Shown here one piece after another: positions 12,101-24,479 of a DNA stretch of 64,000 nt. The stretch's first letter is position 1, and the number at the start of each line of letters is the position of its first letter. The position numbers and the translations under genes are program-made. The DNA is from Lama glama (lineage: Eukaryota), in assembly GCA_028534125.1 (NCBI GenBank), contig CM052816.1, positions 35,404,001 through 35,468,000 of the forward strand, given 5' to 3'. The notes beneath the pieces were generated by a model. The model saw nothing but the letters and a program-made list of their open reading frames with translations. It was not told the origin of the DNA and did not search any database.

Positions 12101-13530
12101 TTCACTCCACTGATTTTTGTCCTGGTTCTTTTGCTAGGCCCGCTTGGACCCACCCGGTGCTCAGGGCCTCCCCTGTCCGTATGACCCACTCCTGAATTAC
12201 TTCTGAGGTCCTTGCCTGAATGGCAGAGCCCAAGGGCTCACCATGGATAGTTGCTTCTCTGTCTCTCCCAGACTGCAGGTCAGCCGAGAAGTTCTCATTC
12301 TTGTCACACACACAATTTTTGTCAGTGGCAGGATTAATTTGGCTCATTACGCACCTTCCCTTTAGGCTTGTGGCTTAAGTGAGGTGTCAAAAGGTGATGT
12401 CTAATATTTTATGAATTACATTGGTGTGCTACTTCTTTGATCCCTTTTCACAGCCCGTGTTAGGACCATCTGGACACCTCGTTCTCTTGGAGTTTTTGGG
12501 ATGGCAGCCAAAGCAAGTACAGAATGCTAAATAGATCAATATCATTAAGCACATTACCATAATCCACAGACATTAAAACGTCAATACCTCGTTCCCCTGA
12601 CAAAGCTTATATCAAACAGAAGGCTTGATGGCAAAGGAGGTAGATTCATTAGGTTTTCACCTCTGGGAATGGGCTTCCACACAGCGTAGGTCAATTGAAA
12701 ACAAGTTTCATGGTGTTAACTTTGCCAAACGTTTTTTCTTATTGGCTTTTGGGCTCCAATCATAATCCAATCAGGTTAGCATCTTTTCCTTACCAGAGGG
12801 GCATTTCCACATTTGTTCTGTCAGACACGTGGTGTCAACACAGGAATTCATTTGACCTCTGTGTGACAGGTATCCTGTTCTCTTAAAAACACCTACAAAC
12901 ATTTGATTGCGAAGCTTCACTTATAATTCTTCAGTATGTTAGGCTAAGACATAACAAAAATTAAAACTCTATGAATATTTCTCAGGCACCTGCTACATGT
13001 CTGGCACTATTCTCAGCACTGGAGAGGCAGTGGGGGTGTACCATAGACTAGGAGCTTCCTTGAATGGAGCTTATGTTGTAGCTGGGGAAATAGACACGCA
13101 TCGTATACATAAGGTAATGTCAGGTGGCTGCAGACGCTATGAAGAAAGTAGATAAAGAAATGTAAAGTGTTCACATGAGGGAGGGTGGTGAGGGGACTGC
13201 TTGAGAAGCTAGATCCCATATGTGCAGAGAGTAGTCACGCAGAAGTCAGGAAGTTAGGGAGGCATTTCCTAAATAGAAAGAATAGCCAAGGGCAATGCTC
13301 TGCAGTGAGAAGGAGCTTAATTTATATGAGGAATAGAAATAAGGCCATTGGGAGCCTTAAAGGCAGAGAAATTGGCAGAGGCTAGATCATGCAGAGCCTT
13401 CTTGGACATGGTAAAAAATTTGGGTTCTCACTAGAGGGTTTAAAGTAGGGAGGGCACATTTTTTATTTTAATATTTATGATCATTATTAATGATGATTCA
13501 TTTTTAAAATAAAAATTACTTTGACTATGT

Positions 13531-13747
13531 CACTGGTTCTCAGTGGGGAAGGGGGTGGTGATTTATATCCCCCAAGGGGACACTTCTCCATGTTGACATT
13601 TTTGACTGTAACAACTAGAAAGTGCACTGACATCGAGTGAGTAGAAGTCAGGGATGCTGCTAAACATCCTGTAAAGCCTGTGGTAGCCCCCACAACAAAT
13701 AAATAGGCAGCCTAAAATGTCAGGAGTGTTGTAGCTGAGAAACCCTG
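13531..13747 (+). mobile_element. MER20 hAT-Charlie MITE
   Basis: Termini cactggttctca...tgagaaaccctg; internal 'cagggatgctgctaaacatcct' and 'cccccacaacaaa'. Confidence 0.88.
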
Positions 13748-14170
13748 AGCTGTGGTGTGGAGAATGGATTTTTCAGGAAGGGCGCAAGAATGGAAGTAGA
13801 AGGCTCGAGCAAAACCCAGGAGAAATGATAGTTATTTGGACTAAAATGGCAGCAGCACAGTTGTAGGGAGGTAGAGTGATTCAGGAGATATTTTGGAAAT
13901 AGAGCTAATAGGACCTGCTGATAAATTGCCTGTAGGAAGTTAAGGAAAAGAGTCAAGGATGACGCCTATGTTTCTAGTCTGAGCAACTGGGTAGATGGTG
14001 AGTCATTTACCATGATGGGAAAATGGGGCAGAATAAGCAAGAAATAGATTGAGAAGGGAAAGTTCAAGAGTTTTGTTCTAGGCATATTAAATATGATATC
14101 TGTTAGACAGTGGAGGTATCGAGTGAGCAGCTGAATCCATGAGTCTGAAACTAAAGGTAAGGGTTAGTTA

Positions 14171-15265
14171 TGAAACTGTGGGTGGTCACTAGTCAAATCC
14201 ATTTCATCTGCCTTCACTAATCAAGGTTGTCTACAAAAGACTTGCATGTCCTCCTGTTACCCTAAAAGGTAAAGACCCCGGTTCTTGTCATACCCGAAAG
14301 ACAAGTTTGCAAACGAGAGACGGTGCGTTGTGTAGCAAAAGATTTTAAAAGATTTCTTTAAAAGTAAAGGAAAAGCACACCTCCAAGAACAGGAGGCGGG
14401 CTAATCCAAGGGGGGAAAGTGGCGGTTTCCTTCTCCCCTTTCTCTCACACCCGCGCTTAGAGGTGGTCTCTTGATTGACTGACGGCTCTTGTCCCTAGAG
14501 TGCTTAGTCATGTTTGGCCCCTTTGCGTGTGTCCTTACCCATGGTGTACACAGAAAAACCCATGGTGGGGGATCCTAAACCGCAATGTTAATTATAATAC
14601 AATGAACACTGGGTCCTGTCTGGTTAAGTCCTTTCTGCTACTGCGCAGTCATGGCTGTCCAGTTTTAACTGGTTTCTTGCTGGCACTCATTTAGAAGTCA
14701 AATCCTTGTACACTGGAGGCAGGCACAACACCTGTCTGCCTGGTGCCCCACTTACCTAACTACCTGACACTCCAAGAAGCATGCAGCCTAAACAACAAGA
14801 TGCTCGCCCTAGTTACTGTCTTGGACTTTGGAGTCAACCTCTTCTAGTTCCAGCTGAGCTGATTAAGTCTGGTTAGGACCACCAACCCTCCAACTGGGCA
14901 TGCATGTGTCTCCTCGGTGACCTTTCAACATCAGAGGGCTGAAAACTCCATCCTCAGATCGTGCTAAGCACCTTCATTTTTTGAAGGGGCAGAGGCTTGC
15001 AGCTCAGTTACACTTGTGCAGAACAATGGTTATTGCACCTTGTTCTGATCACCTTTCCCCAAGCTCCCCTCACTCCTCATGCCTCAGATCTTCCTGCTGC
15101 TTTATTCTTTATCCCATAAATACCCCAGACCATTGCCTTTCTGGAGGCAGATATGAGACTTCTGTCTCCTCACTTGGCTGCCTTGCAAATACACTCTTTC
15201 TTTGCTGCCAATCTCAGCGTCTTGGTTTGCTAAATGTTGGGCGAAGCGAACCTAGCTCAGTAACA
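14171..15265 (+). mobile_element. ERV1-class solo LTR (outer), split by a second LTR
   Basis: tgaaactg...cagtaaca termini; 4-bp TSD GTTA (14167-14170 / 15266-15269); TATA-like 'cataaata' at ~15115. Confidence 0.85.
14255..14769 (-). mobile_element. ERV1-class solo LTR (inner, younger, CpG-retaining)
   Basis: tgttac...cctgaca termini; perfect 4-bp TSD CTCC (14251-14254 / 14770-14773); layout resembles reverse-strand MER4-group LTRs. Confidence 0.85.
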
Positions 15266-16147
15266 GTTATTAGCATGTAGATGGTATTTAAGGCCTTCGG
15301 ACTGGATAAGACAACCTATGAAGAGAGGGTGACTGGGAGGAGCAGGGGGGAGAGTGCCTTTCTCTCCAATATTTAGGGGCCAAATTAAGGAGGACGATCC
15401 AGCAGTGGGTATGAGAGAGATGTCAGGAAAGCAGAAGGGAGACCAGAGAACTGTGGGGTCCTGGACATGGGGTCAAGAGGCTTGGAGAATGGAGCTGGCA
15501 TGTACATTGAATGTTTCTGAGAGATCACAAAATCAGAGCAAAAACAAAAGACCCCAAATTTGGCTGGCTTAACCTGGCCGAAGCAGTGTGGGCATAGACC
15601 AGAGTCAGCTTCTGTGGCATGGATGAGATTGAACCCTGACTGAAGTGAGTTGAAGAGAGCATGGGGGTTTAGGAGATGTGATCAAAAAATATGAATTTTT
15701 TCAATAAATATTGTTGAAAAGAGAAGCAGAAAAATAGGGTGGTGGAAATGGGATGGTGACAGAATTCCAATTGTATAAAAATAATTTTTTTCTTAATAGA
15801 ATCTTTTTTTTGCAAGTCCCAATTTGTAACATTTACTTACAAGAACTTACAAAAAAAGTAACAATAAGAATTTAAATGAATAATTTCATGATTTCCTAGA
15901 TGTTGGTATATAACACATGTATTTTATTAAAATTAGAACTCTATTTGTGAATGAAGTTAAGATAAAATATTCTAGAACCACTGAAGAACCACAAAAACTA
16001 CAGAGGAGTAGTTTTTCTAAGAAAGTATTTGGAAAACCACTACACAAAATTAATTTAATTCTAACAACAAAATTTCATGCACCAGTCAGGGCAATAAATT
16101 TTTACCCTCAATAAATCCTTTCTCCTGAGCCTGAAATTATAGCAAGA

Positions 16148-16290
16148 TTTTAATCTTGGTGCTGTCATTTCTTGGCTCCCTGGGCAAGTTACTTCAACTT
16201 TTGACACAGAAGATTTCTTACTTGTAAATCAGTAGGGGTTAGTATGAGGATTAACTGAAATAATGTACGCGAATTGTGTGTTTCCTGCAT
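16148..16290 (+). mobile_element. MIR fragment
   Basis: 'ctgggcaagttacttcaac...tgtaaa...gttagtatgaggattaactgaaataatgtac'. Confidence 0.75.
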
Positions 16291-17870
16291 GGGGCCATCT
16301 CCTTTCTTGCTGGCACCTTTTCTCCAGGACTCTGACTGAGGCGAGCGGCGCAGTGATTCTGTGCTGCAGTATTAGATGCATCCGTGCTGGTCATCACAGG
16401 GAGCTCATTTCCCCCCCTTCTCACCTTGGATGTTCTCTTATCTCAGCTAGTACACAGCCTATTACCCATGAAATATCTATTCAAGATACTAAAACAAAGC
16501 AAGATTTGGTGGATAACCAAACATGTAAGTTGTGATAACGTCAAAGGAAGAACTCCACCAAATTTTTGGCTTAGAGTTTTGATATAGCCAGAACCATAAG
16601 CAATTACTCTTCCCCAGTCCTCCAACCATAAATAGAAGATTCAAGGACAGACAAAAGAGACAAAAAAATTAAATTAAGAGCTCCTGATTTATACAAATAG
16701 AAGTGAGAGAGTCTCTTCAAGCCTAAAAAATTGCTACTGATATAACACTGAGATTGTTGCGGAGACCTGTGATAAGAGTATTGGCGAGTGGGAGTGGTGG
16801 GGGAGGACAAGCCCTTTGTAAATACAGGTCACACTTCAAGTCATGGTTCGAAGCCTATAGATAGACGGAAGGATGCAGGCAATCTCAGTCCCAGATAGAG
16901 CTGTTACCAAGTTTCACACATTCATCTCTTCCAGTCCCCAATTCCTGAGTGCCACTCTGCATCTCTTAGGCTGGAGTCTGAACGTCCTAGAAAACCATCT
17001 CTGAATATTCAGAGAGGTGCCTAGTGGAGGGGAGTAATGCCTCTCAATTAGGGTGGGGAATGGTCTTTGAGATTTTGGCCTATGTCCAGCACCCTTCCTG
17101 GGGAAGCTTTCACAATGAAGGAACCCTATTTTCAAACGTGGAGCTCACCTGCGCTTTGTAAACACGAACGGGTCTCACTATCACACCAAGTCAGAGCCAG
17201 TGAGGACTAGCCTGGTCTGGTGGTGGCTTCTGCCGTGCAAATGTCTTTCACATAAATTGTCTTATTGGGAGCTTTCAAACTCACGGAGGGTGAGGGGTGA
17301 CTGTGGAAGTCCACAATCCTTCCCACATTACCAGCATCTTCAGAATCAGACTTTCGAAACAGTAAAGCTACAAAAGCTCTAAGAAAGACTGTACTCATTC
17401 TTCAGGGGATACTTCTCCATTTTTGTCGTATTTCACTTATCCTTTGTATCATTTAATCTACTTTGGCATCATTTTACTTTCTTTAAAAACACATTTTGAA
17501 CTGTCATACATACATTTAGCAGTGTCCAGTTTGGTGATTCTCAGGATTTTCATACTTAAGACCCTTCATTTAACAGGTTAAAAGTACTTCCTGATCCCCA
17601 CATGATAGTAGCAGAACATTTAGTATCCATTGATTAAGAAATTACAAATGACGAAAGCAGACTATTTTTTTTGAAACATTGCAATAGAAGCTGAACAAGT
17701 TCACAAGTTTGAAAGACCCTAGTGCACTATACACGAGTCACATCAATCCTTCACTTTTAGGGAGTCCCTGGTGTGTGTACAAAAGAGCTGACTCTTTAAT
17801 TCAGTGACCACTCAGGAATTTGTGACCACCATTTCCCCACAGTCCACTCACTACCTCCTCACACAGACCC

Positions 17871-18537
17871 TTGCAGGGAAACCCAGCAGGACCCTGAGGG
17901 GCCTTCCCAGGGACAGACTCCTCCACGCCCACGTTTCCTGGCTGCCTCTTGTTTGTCGAAAAGCTTTAGCCTCCTTTTGCCTTCCCCTAGTTCCAAAGAG
18001 CAAATTTAACCAGAGAAGTGAGAAAAGGCAGAAACAAAGGAAAACAGTCAAGCAAGACAAAAGAATAGTAGTTTAGCCATAAAACAAAGTCAGGGACTTT
18101 TAGTGCCTCCTCAAGGGCTACAGATGATATCCTGAGGCACATCCTTGAGTTGTTTTGCAGACACTAAAACCCCCAGCAGGTGGAAGAAGCTAACTGCATG
18201 ATGACCATGAACATGTAACCCTCAGACTAGCTGGAGCCTAAGAATTGATAATGCTGACCCCTGTCACCTCACCTGTTACTTCACCATCAACTAATCAGAA
18301 TCACGCACAAGCTGATCACATACGCTATAGCCCTCTCCCTCACTGTGTCTTTAAAAAGCCTTCCCTAAAAGCCATTGGGGAGTTTGGTTCTCTTGAGTAT
18401 GAGCTGCTCTTACTCCTTGCTTGGCCCCAGGTTGAGCACCTTGCAAAAACTGCTGTATTTTCCTTCACCAAACCCAGTGTCAGTAGATGGGCTCTGCTGT
18501 GCATCGGGCAAGCTGACCTAAGTTTGGTTCAGTAACA
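17871..18537 (+). mobile_element. ERV1-class solo LTR (5' boundary approximate)
   Basis: Ends 'tttggttcagtaaca', similar to the LTR ending at 15265; TATA-like 'ctttaaaaagcc' followed by an R/U5-like region; no TSD recognised. Confidence 0.75.
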
Positions 18538-19060
18538 GAAGCACTGATAGCTTTCTTAAGCAGCTTCCCAACTTATAACACTAATTTGGTTTTTCTCAGA
18601 ATGTAAGATAAACCTTCAGGCTTGATCTGATTAGATTCTAAGATAAAACCATAGCATCTGGGAGCTAGGAGGGTCAGTAGAGATCATCTACTTTTACCAC
18701 CTTAATTCCCAAATAAGAAACTAAAGGCCAAGGCATAGGACTCACTGGCCCAGGACAGGAAGAGGAAGACAGAACCAGGTCCTCATGGCATGTTGGCCCT
18801 GGTTCCTGTCTGGGTCTTGTGTGTAGGACAGCCAGGCCTGCATCCTGAGCACTGGCTACTCCCTGTGGCCAGAAGGTTCTCCAGTGTGTCAGGTTGTGCC
18901 CTGATTTTAGCAGTATTCTCAAGTTAACTTCTGTTGCCCAGAATCTATTTCTCCCCATCATTACCTCAGCTGGAGGAAAGCCTCTCTATGAAGCATCTTT
19001 AGAATGGTCACAAGTCAAATAAAACACTGCTTCTTTTGTGCTTCTACTATAGAAAAATTA

Positions 19061-19273
19061 ATAATAATGGCTAACATTTATTCAGCACCTACTATGTGCT
19101 GATTATGTTTACAAGTCTCAGTTAACCCTCATAACAACCTATGGCATAGAAACTATTATTTGTTTACAGTCTAAAAAGAAGGCAACTGAAGCTCAAAGAG
19201 ATTAAGTAATTTTTCAGAAGTGCCGGAGTGAGACGTCCCCCTGGCAGTGTGAGCCAGTTAACCACTGTGCTGT
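19061..19273 (-). mobile_element. MIR SINE
   Basis: 'aataataatggctaacatttattcagcacctactatgtgc...ctcataacaacctatg...aactgaagctcaaagagattaagtaa...ttaaccactgtgctgt'. Confidence 0.85.
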
Positions 19274-19329
19274 GCACTTTATTGGACAGCAGTAGTGGCA
19301 CAGCCCTCATGACACAGAAGTCTACTTAT

Positions 19330-19478
19330 GTTTGATGTATGTCCATCTCTCCCGCGAGACTGTAAGCCTCTCTTACAAGGGAAGGGCTTGTGTTTTGACT
19401 TTCTTCCCCCTATACCTAGCAGTTCCTGGCAGAGAGCAAATTCTCAATACGTATTTGCTGAATGAATGCATGAATGAA
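19330..19478 (+). mobile_element. L2 3' terminus
   Basis: 'gactgtaagc...cctagcagttcctggcagagagc...ctcaatacgtatttgctgaatgaatg' with a (TGAA)n tail. Confidence 0.8.
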
Positions 19479-19764
19479 AGAATCATTTGTCATAGGTGGT
19501 TCTTAAAGTGCAGTTCCTGAACAGTCCATGAATAATGATCCTTTGTAAATGAGAGGGCTAGACTAGTGATTTAGTTACCTGAATGATGATTTGCCCAAAT
19601 AGGCACTACAGACTGTTGGCAAAGATGTCAATTAAAGGCATTATATGTCAGCAAAAGCAAGTATTTCTGTAGGTCAGTATGAGAACTTCTGAGTCTCTTT
19701 CTCTTATTTTTTTCTTGCTGAGGAAGAAATCGAGAGCTGGATAAGAAGCAGGGAACAGTGTAAG

Positions 19765-19940
19765 TATATTGGAGTGGAGGTCAAGAGAGCTGGACCCACA
19801 CCCTGCTCAGACTCACAGCTTTCTTTGAGACACTGGCAGGTGAGAGAGCCTGTGAAAAGAGCTCTTTCCGTTTCTAAGCAGGGATATGCTTCTGAATGCT
19901 CCCTAAGGCCCTTCCACTGCAAATATTCTGGGATTCTAAT
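19765..19940 (+). mobile_element. Degenerate MIR3-like fragment
   Basis: Ends 'ctaaggcccttccactgcaaatattctgggattcta', resembling the MIR3 3' end. Confidence 0.5.
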
Positions 19941-22452
19941 CTAATATTCACCAGGTGGCACGTGGGCTGATCCAAAATGCAAGTCAAATCAAAAAGCTCT
20001 GTTACTTTGGCCTTCCCCAGAGTACATATTTTTTATATTACAGATTGGAAGCTGCTTTTTAAAAGATAGAAAATGAAGACTTAAAAAAATGAAATCGAAC
20101 CTATACTTCTTTTCCAGGGGCAAGGCCCACAAAGATTTTGTGTTTGTGTTGGTGAGAAGAACCAGAAAAACTCTCACCGCTTTTAGCCAGAAAGAGCTGG
20201 GAAGACATTGTGAACCTGAGCTAATCCCCCAGCCCATCTTGGTCTGCCTGTCTGTCAGATGGAAGGGCGGGGTTCATTGAAGGGTTTCTTCTAGGGCAAA
20301 AGTTCCATGATTTCACATCCTCCTGGAATCAACTCATGATCTCTCTTCACACCAGTACTGTGTAACATGAGTGAGTGCGGGGTTGAAAGCCCCACTATGA
20401 CATGTTACCATTTCTTACACTGCCTTTCTATTAAAGCTGTAGCTTTGGTCACATCTGCCATCTCTCCATGATTACTGTCAGGTCACAGTCACTTCCTTTT
20501 TCTTCTTCTTTTTCTTTTCACTGGATTTCTGCCTATAGTTTGTTTTTGTGTGTTTGTTTTTTGATGATTGTGAATTGTCTGAGGAAATACCAGTTCTCAC
20601 TTATGCTATCTTCTAGCCGTGAATCTTGGGATACACATCCATCTCCTACAATATGAGAAATACAGTATGTATGCATTTATAATGTGACTTTCTTTGGGAA
20701 GAATATCTTTAATATCATAAATAAACGGTGTATTTGGTTTGACATTTGACATTATCTTGGTTTTTAATTTTCATGATTTTCTCCTGAAATGTATTTTGCT
20801 TTAAAAATCACAAATAATAAAAATTGTGTTTGAAATGAACTCTGAATGCCATCATTTAATAAGAGAGACTATGACATTTTCAGTGATAAACTATGAAGCT
20901 CACAGCATACAAGTCTCTTACAGATATTTTTGGACAAGTCACATCAGCTGTTCTTAATATTATGAGCTTCCTTTTATCCTCCATTACTTTCCTTTTTAAA
21001 CTTGCTAGATATAGCTACAGAACATCACATTTTCCCCACAAGCTGTTTTAATTTGCATTTTTCTCAATGACTAATCTGATATATGAGGTAGGAGATTCTT
21101 ATTTTTCTCATCTTAGTAAATGATAACCAACTATTTTGTTTTGTTTTGTGAGTTCTGAGAAATCTAGCAATAACAGACAAGAAATAAAGAGTCTGATGTC
21201 TGCATATTCTCATTCTCAAGATGGCCATGTTTTTAAGATTATCCTTTCTGCAAAATGGCAGTCCATGTTTCCACTTCAGTAACTTTGCTGTAATGGAAAG
21301 TCATACAAGTGTTGCCAGGATCAATGTGTTAGATTCTCGTGTCTGTCTCAGACAGCAGGATTCATGGTGGTAATGCTGTACACCATGTGTTTCTATTTGA
21401 AATTGTCTGAGTTTCCTATTTGCAGTTATGCTGCAAATGATGTGATTCTGAGTTTACTTTTTTTTCCAATGCAATACGTAATTTTATTGCCTTGTCTTTC
21501 AAAAGAATGCAATTTCTTATTTCTAAGACATTGAGAGATTATTCCATTTCTCTGTATTTGTACCAAGAAGAAGGAAGCAATTATCCATTTCTGTTTCTTC
21601 TCTGTTACGTTAGTTGCCAAGCTAGTCCTCCTTATACTTTCAGTGGATGTCTGTCTGATGGCTATTTATAGTCAACTAATGATCTCCCTTCAGGAACTCT
21701 TGTCTGTGTCCCACATGTTGATTGCAATAAGGCAGTCATTTGGCAAGAAAGTTCAATGAAAAACCCCTCAAAGACTGGCTTCAGGATCTCCACATTTATT
21801 GCTGGTTAGAAATAGGACTTGGGAAGTGCAGCTGCATCCTCTTTTATTACAATCTGCTGTATTGCGCTTCAAATAACCTGCATTTTTCACAAACTGGAGG
21901 TTTGTGGCAATCCTGCCTCAAGTAACTTTATTGGTGCCTTTTTTCCAATAGCATGTGCTCACTGTGTCACATTTTGATAATTCTCACAATATTTCAAACT
22001 TTTAAAATTGTTGTATTTGTTATGGTGATCTGAGATTTTTGATGTTACTATTGTAAAAAGATTACAGCTCACAGAAGGCTGGATGATGGTTAGCAATTTT
22101 TAGCAATAAATATTTTTAATTAAGACATGTATATTGTTTTTAGACGAACTACTATTGCACACTTAATAGACAATAGTATAGTGTAAACATAACTTTTTTT
22201 TAGAAGGTATCCTTATTGTCTTTGATTTACTTTACTACCTTTTAAAACTAAGCCTCTATTAGCTTTCTGTGCCATAAATGTATAGCTGCAATTTGTGTGT
22301 GTGTGTGTGCGTGTGCTGATTTTTATGCATCTCCACAACATCCTGGCATAGTTTCCCTGCTCCACACTGATACTCATATCACTTGAACAAATTAAACAAG
22401 GTCCTATACCAATGCATGGGCTAATTTCTTTCACTTCAAAATTTAAAGGGCA

Positions 22453-22535
22453 TAACTTAGTATGATAGTCTCTAGGTCCATCTATGCTGCTACAAATGGC
22501 ATTATTTCATTCCTGTTTGTGGCTAAGTAGTATTC

Positions 22536-22573
<38 letters not shown>

Positions 22574-22597
22574 CACATTTTCTTTATCCATTCATCT
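22453..22597 (-). mobile_element. L1 ORF2 3'-end fragment within a TSD-bounded insertion
   Basis: 'acttagtatgatagtctctaggtccatc...caaatggcattatttcattc...ttctttatccattcatc' is reverse-complement L1. Confidence 0.85.
22539..22571. repeat. (TG)n microsatellite
   Basis: About 16 perfect TG units. Confidence 0.95.
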
Positions 22598-23296
22598 TAA
22601 ATATAACTTTTATATGCCCACGTGGAAACCAAAATATTCCTGTGACTCACTTTCACTTTAGTGTAACATTGACTTTATTGTGGTGGTCTGGAACTGAACC
22701 TACAATCTCTCTGACATATGCCTGTATTCATTTTGCACTTGTCGCCAACAACACATCAGGGATTTATAATAAATAGAGGCATCCCCATGTGAATGGTAGT
22801 CTAGGTTCCTAAACATAGACTGTGTGTGTAATTATACTTTTCCATGGGTATTTATATCCCTTAACAAAACTTGCAACTGGCTGACCGGATGATCCTTCTA
22901 GGAAGCTATCATGACTGTGGCTGTAGAAAAAACACTAAGTTCAAAGAGGAGCCAGGAGTTGAGGCTGAGGGATAGCAAACATTGAGAAGGAGAAAATATT
23001 TCAATTTGCAAAAGGAATGAGGCAAGTAAATGGCCTGACTTACTGGTAGCTTTACTTCTGAACAAGTCATAAAGATTTCTTGAGAAGTTAGGCGAAAGGA
23101 CCCCAGACTGCAAACAGGGGTGAGTCAGAGGTTAAACAAAAATCTCTGGACAAAGAAATGAGTAAAATCCACTTCTAAAGCTAGAGAACTCAAGACTAAC
23201 TTATCTATTCAGTAGCATTTATTGAGTCAGCAATTATTATACTCTTTGTCCACTTCACCACTAAACAGATTGTTCCTTTGCCAGCATTGCTGTCTT

Positions 23297-23851
23297 TAGT
23301 GGACAGGCATTGTTGTGTCTGCCTAGAACAGTTCCCCCTCACCTTCTCTTGGAAAGTGCTCCTCACTCATTTCAACCACATGACTCTGTAGAAAGATGCA
23401 AATGATCCTCTTCGATCAGGAAAAGCACCTGCCCAGGTTGGCTGAATCTTGTTGTCTCTTCCCCGTGGTCTTAGTGACTGTGCTAGAGTGTGTGACCTGT
23501 GTCAAGTCAGTGAGAACATTTATGGCTTATATCATTCCTCAAAGTTTTCCTACCTGGAGCTGGCAGGGCAGAACTCTCTTTCGTAACTGGTCAGGAAGTT
23601 ATCAAAATATAAACCTAAGTCTGGCCATCATTAGATCCTTGGGAGGACAGCTGGCCTGGAAGACCAAAGCTGGCATATGGAAAGAAGCAAAGAAGAAATC
23701 TGGAGAGAGACTGTCCTGTTGGCATCTGAGTCCTATATCCAATCATCCCTAGGATCAGAGCTCAGCTTTTCCATGGTGTGTTACGTGAGCTAATTCATTC
23801 CTTCTTCATATAATTGGAACTGTGTTTCTGTACCTTATGACTGAGATCTTG
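23297..23851 (+). mobile_element. Old MaLR LTR (MLT1K/L-like)
   Basis: 'caaccacatgactctg', 'gttacgtgagctaattcattcc', 'tttctgtaccttatgactgaga'. Confidence 0.6.
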
Positions 23852-24479
23852 AGAATCCATGGAGATTTCTGCTTTAGTTAAGAATATGGAAAAGACTATT
23901 CAATGGTTGTCATGACCATCCTAGAAAGGAGTTTAAATAAAGGGTTGGAGAGAACAATGTGTGTATTGGGAAGATGGAGGAAGAGGAGGTATGGAGAACT
24001 GTATTCCCAAGGCTTGGTCCCTGGAGAAATCATCAAGCCCTCAGTAAAAAGCAGAGAAGGCAGGGAGCAAGCCAAGCCAACACCAAGAAGAGATTGCTAG
24101 CTCACCATTCAAACACCACATTTGTCCAGAACTAGGTTTAATGATGAATGTCTTATCATGGAATTACTGCTAAAGCACAAACACTCAGGTTTATTTTTTG
24201 AATCCTGATCTGAGATCATGTAGTTTAAGAAGTCACCCTACTCAAACAGTGTAGCATTTAGCTTATCCATCTTTTTGGATTAAGCAGAAGCCAGGCACTC
24301 AAAAGAAAAATATTCAAACTTTGAATCTCTTGGAAGAGGCAGGAACAATAGAATGGAATAAAGGTTAAAAAGCCAAAACAACAACACATTTTAAGCCTTG
24401 TTGTATTGATTTAAAGAAAGTAACTAAACGTAAGTAAAATTTCAGTGAAAGATAAGTAATTGTAAATAACTGAACCCCC

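Larger units (their letters stand above)
12972..15745 (-). mobile_element. L2 LINE (long fragment) hosting MER20 and two nested LTRs
   Basis: L2 reverse-strand motifs 'gcacctgctacatgtctggcactattct', 'agatcatgcagagcctt', 'gtcaaggatgac...tctgagcaactgggtagatgg', resuming after 15269 with 'agcatgtagatggtatttaaggcc'. Confidence 0.85.
21829..22724 (+). mobile_element. Tigger1 internal-deletion derivative (TcMar-Tigger MITE), interrupted at 22198-22611
   Basis: Tigger1 5' part ('ggtttgtggcaatcctgc', 'tcacaatatttcaaactttt') fused to its 3' part ('aaaaagattac', 'ctattgcacacttaatagac', 'gtggtctggaactgaacc...tatgcctg' + TA). Confidence 0.88.
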
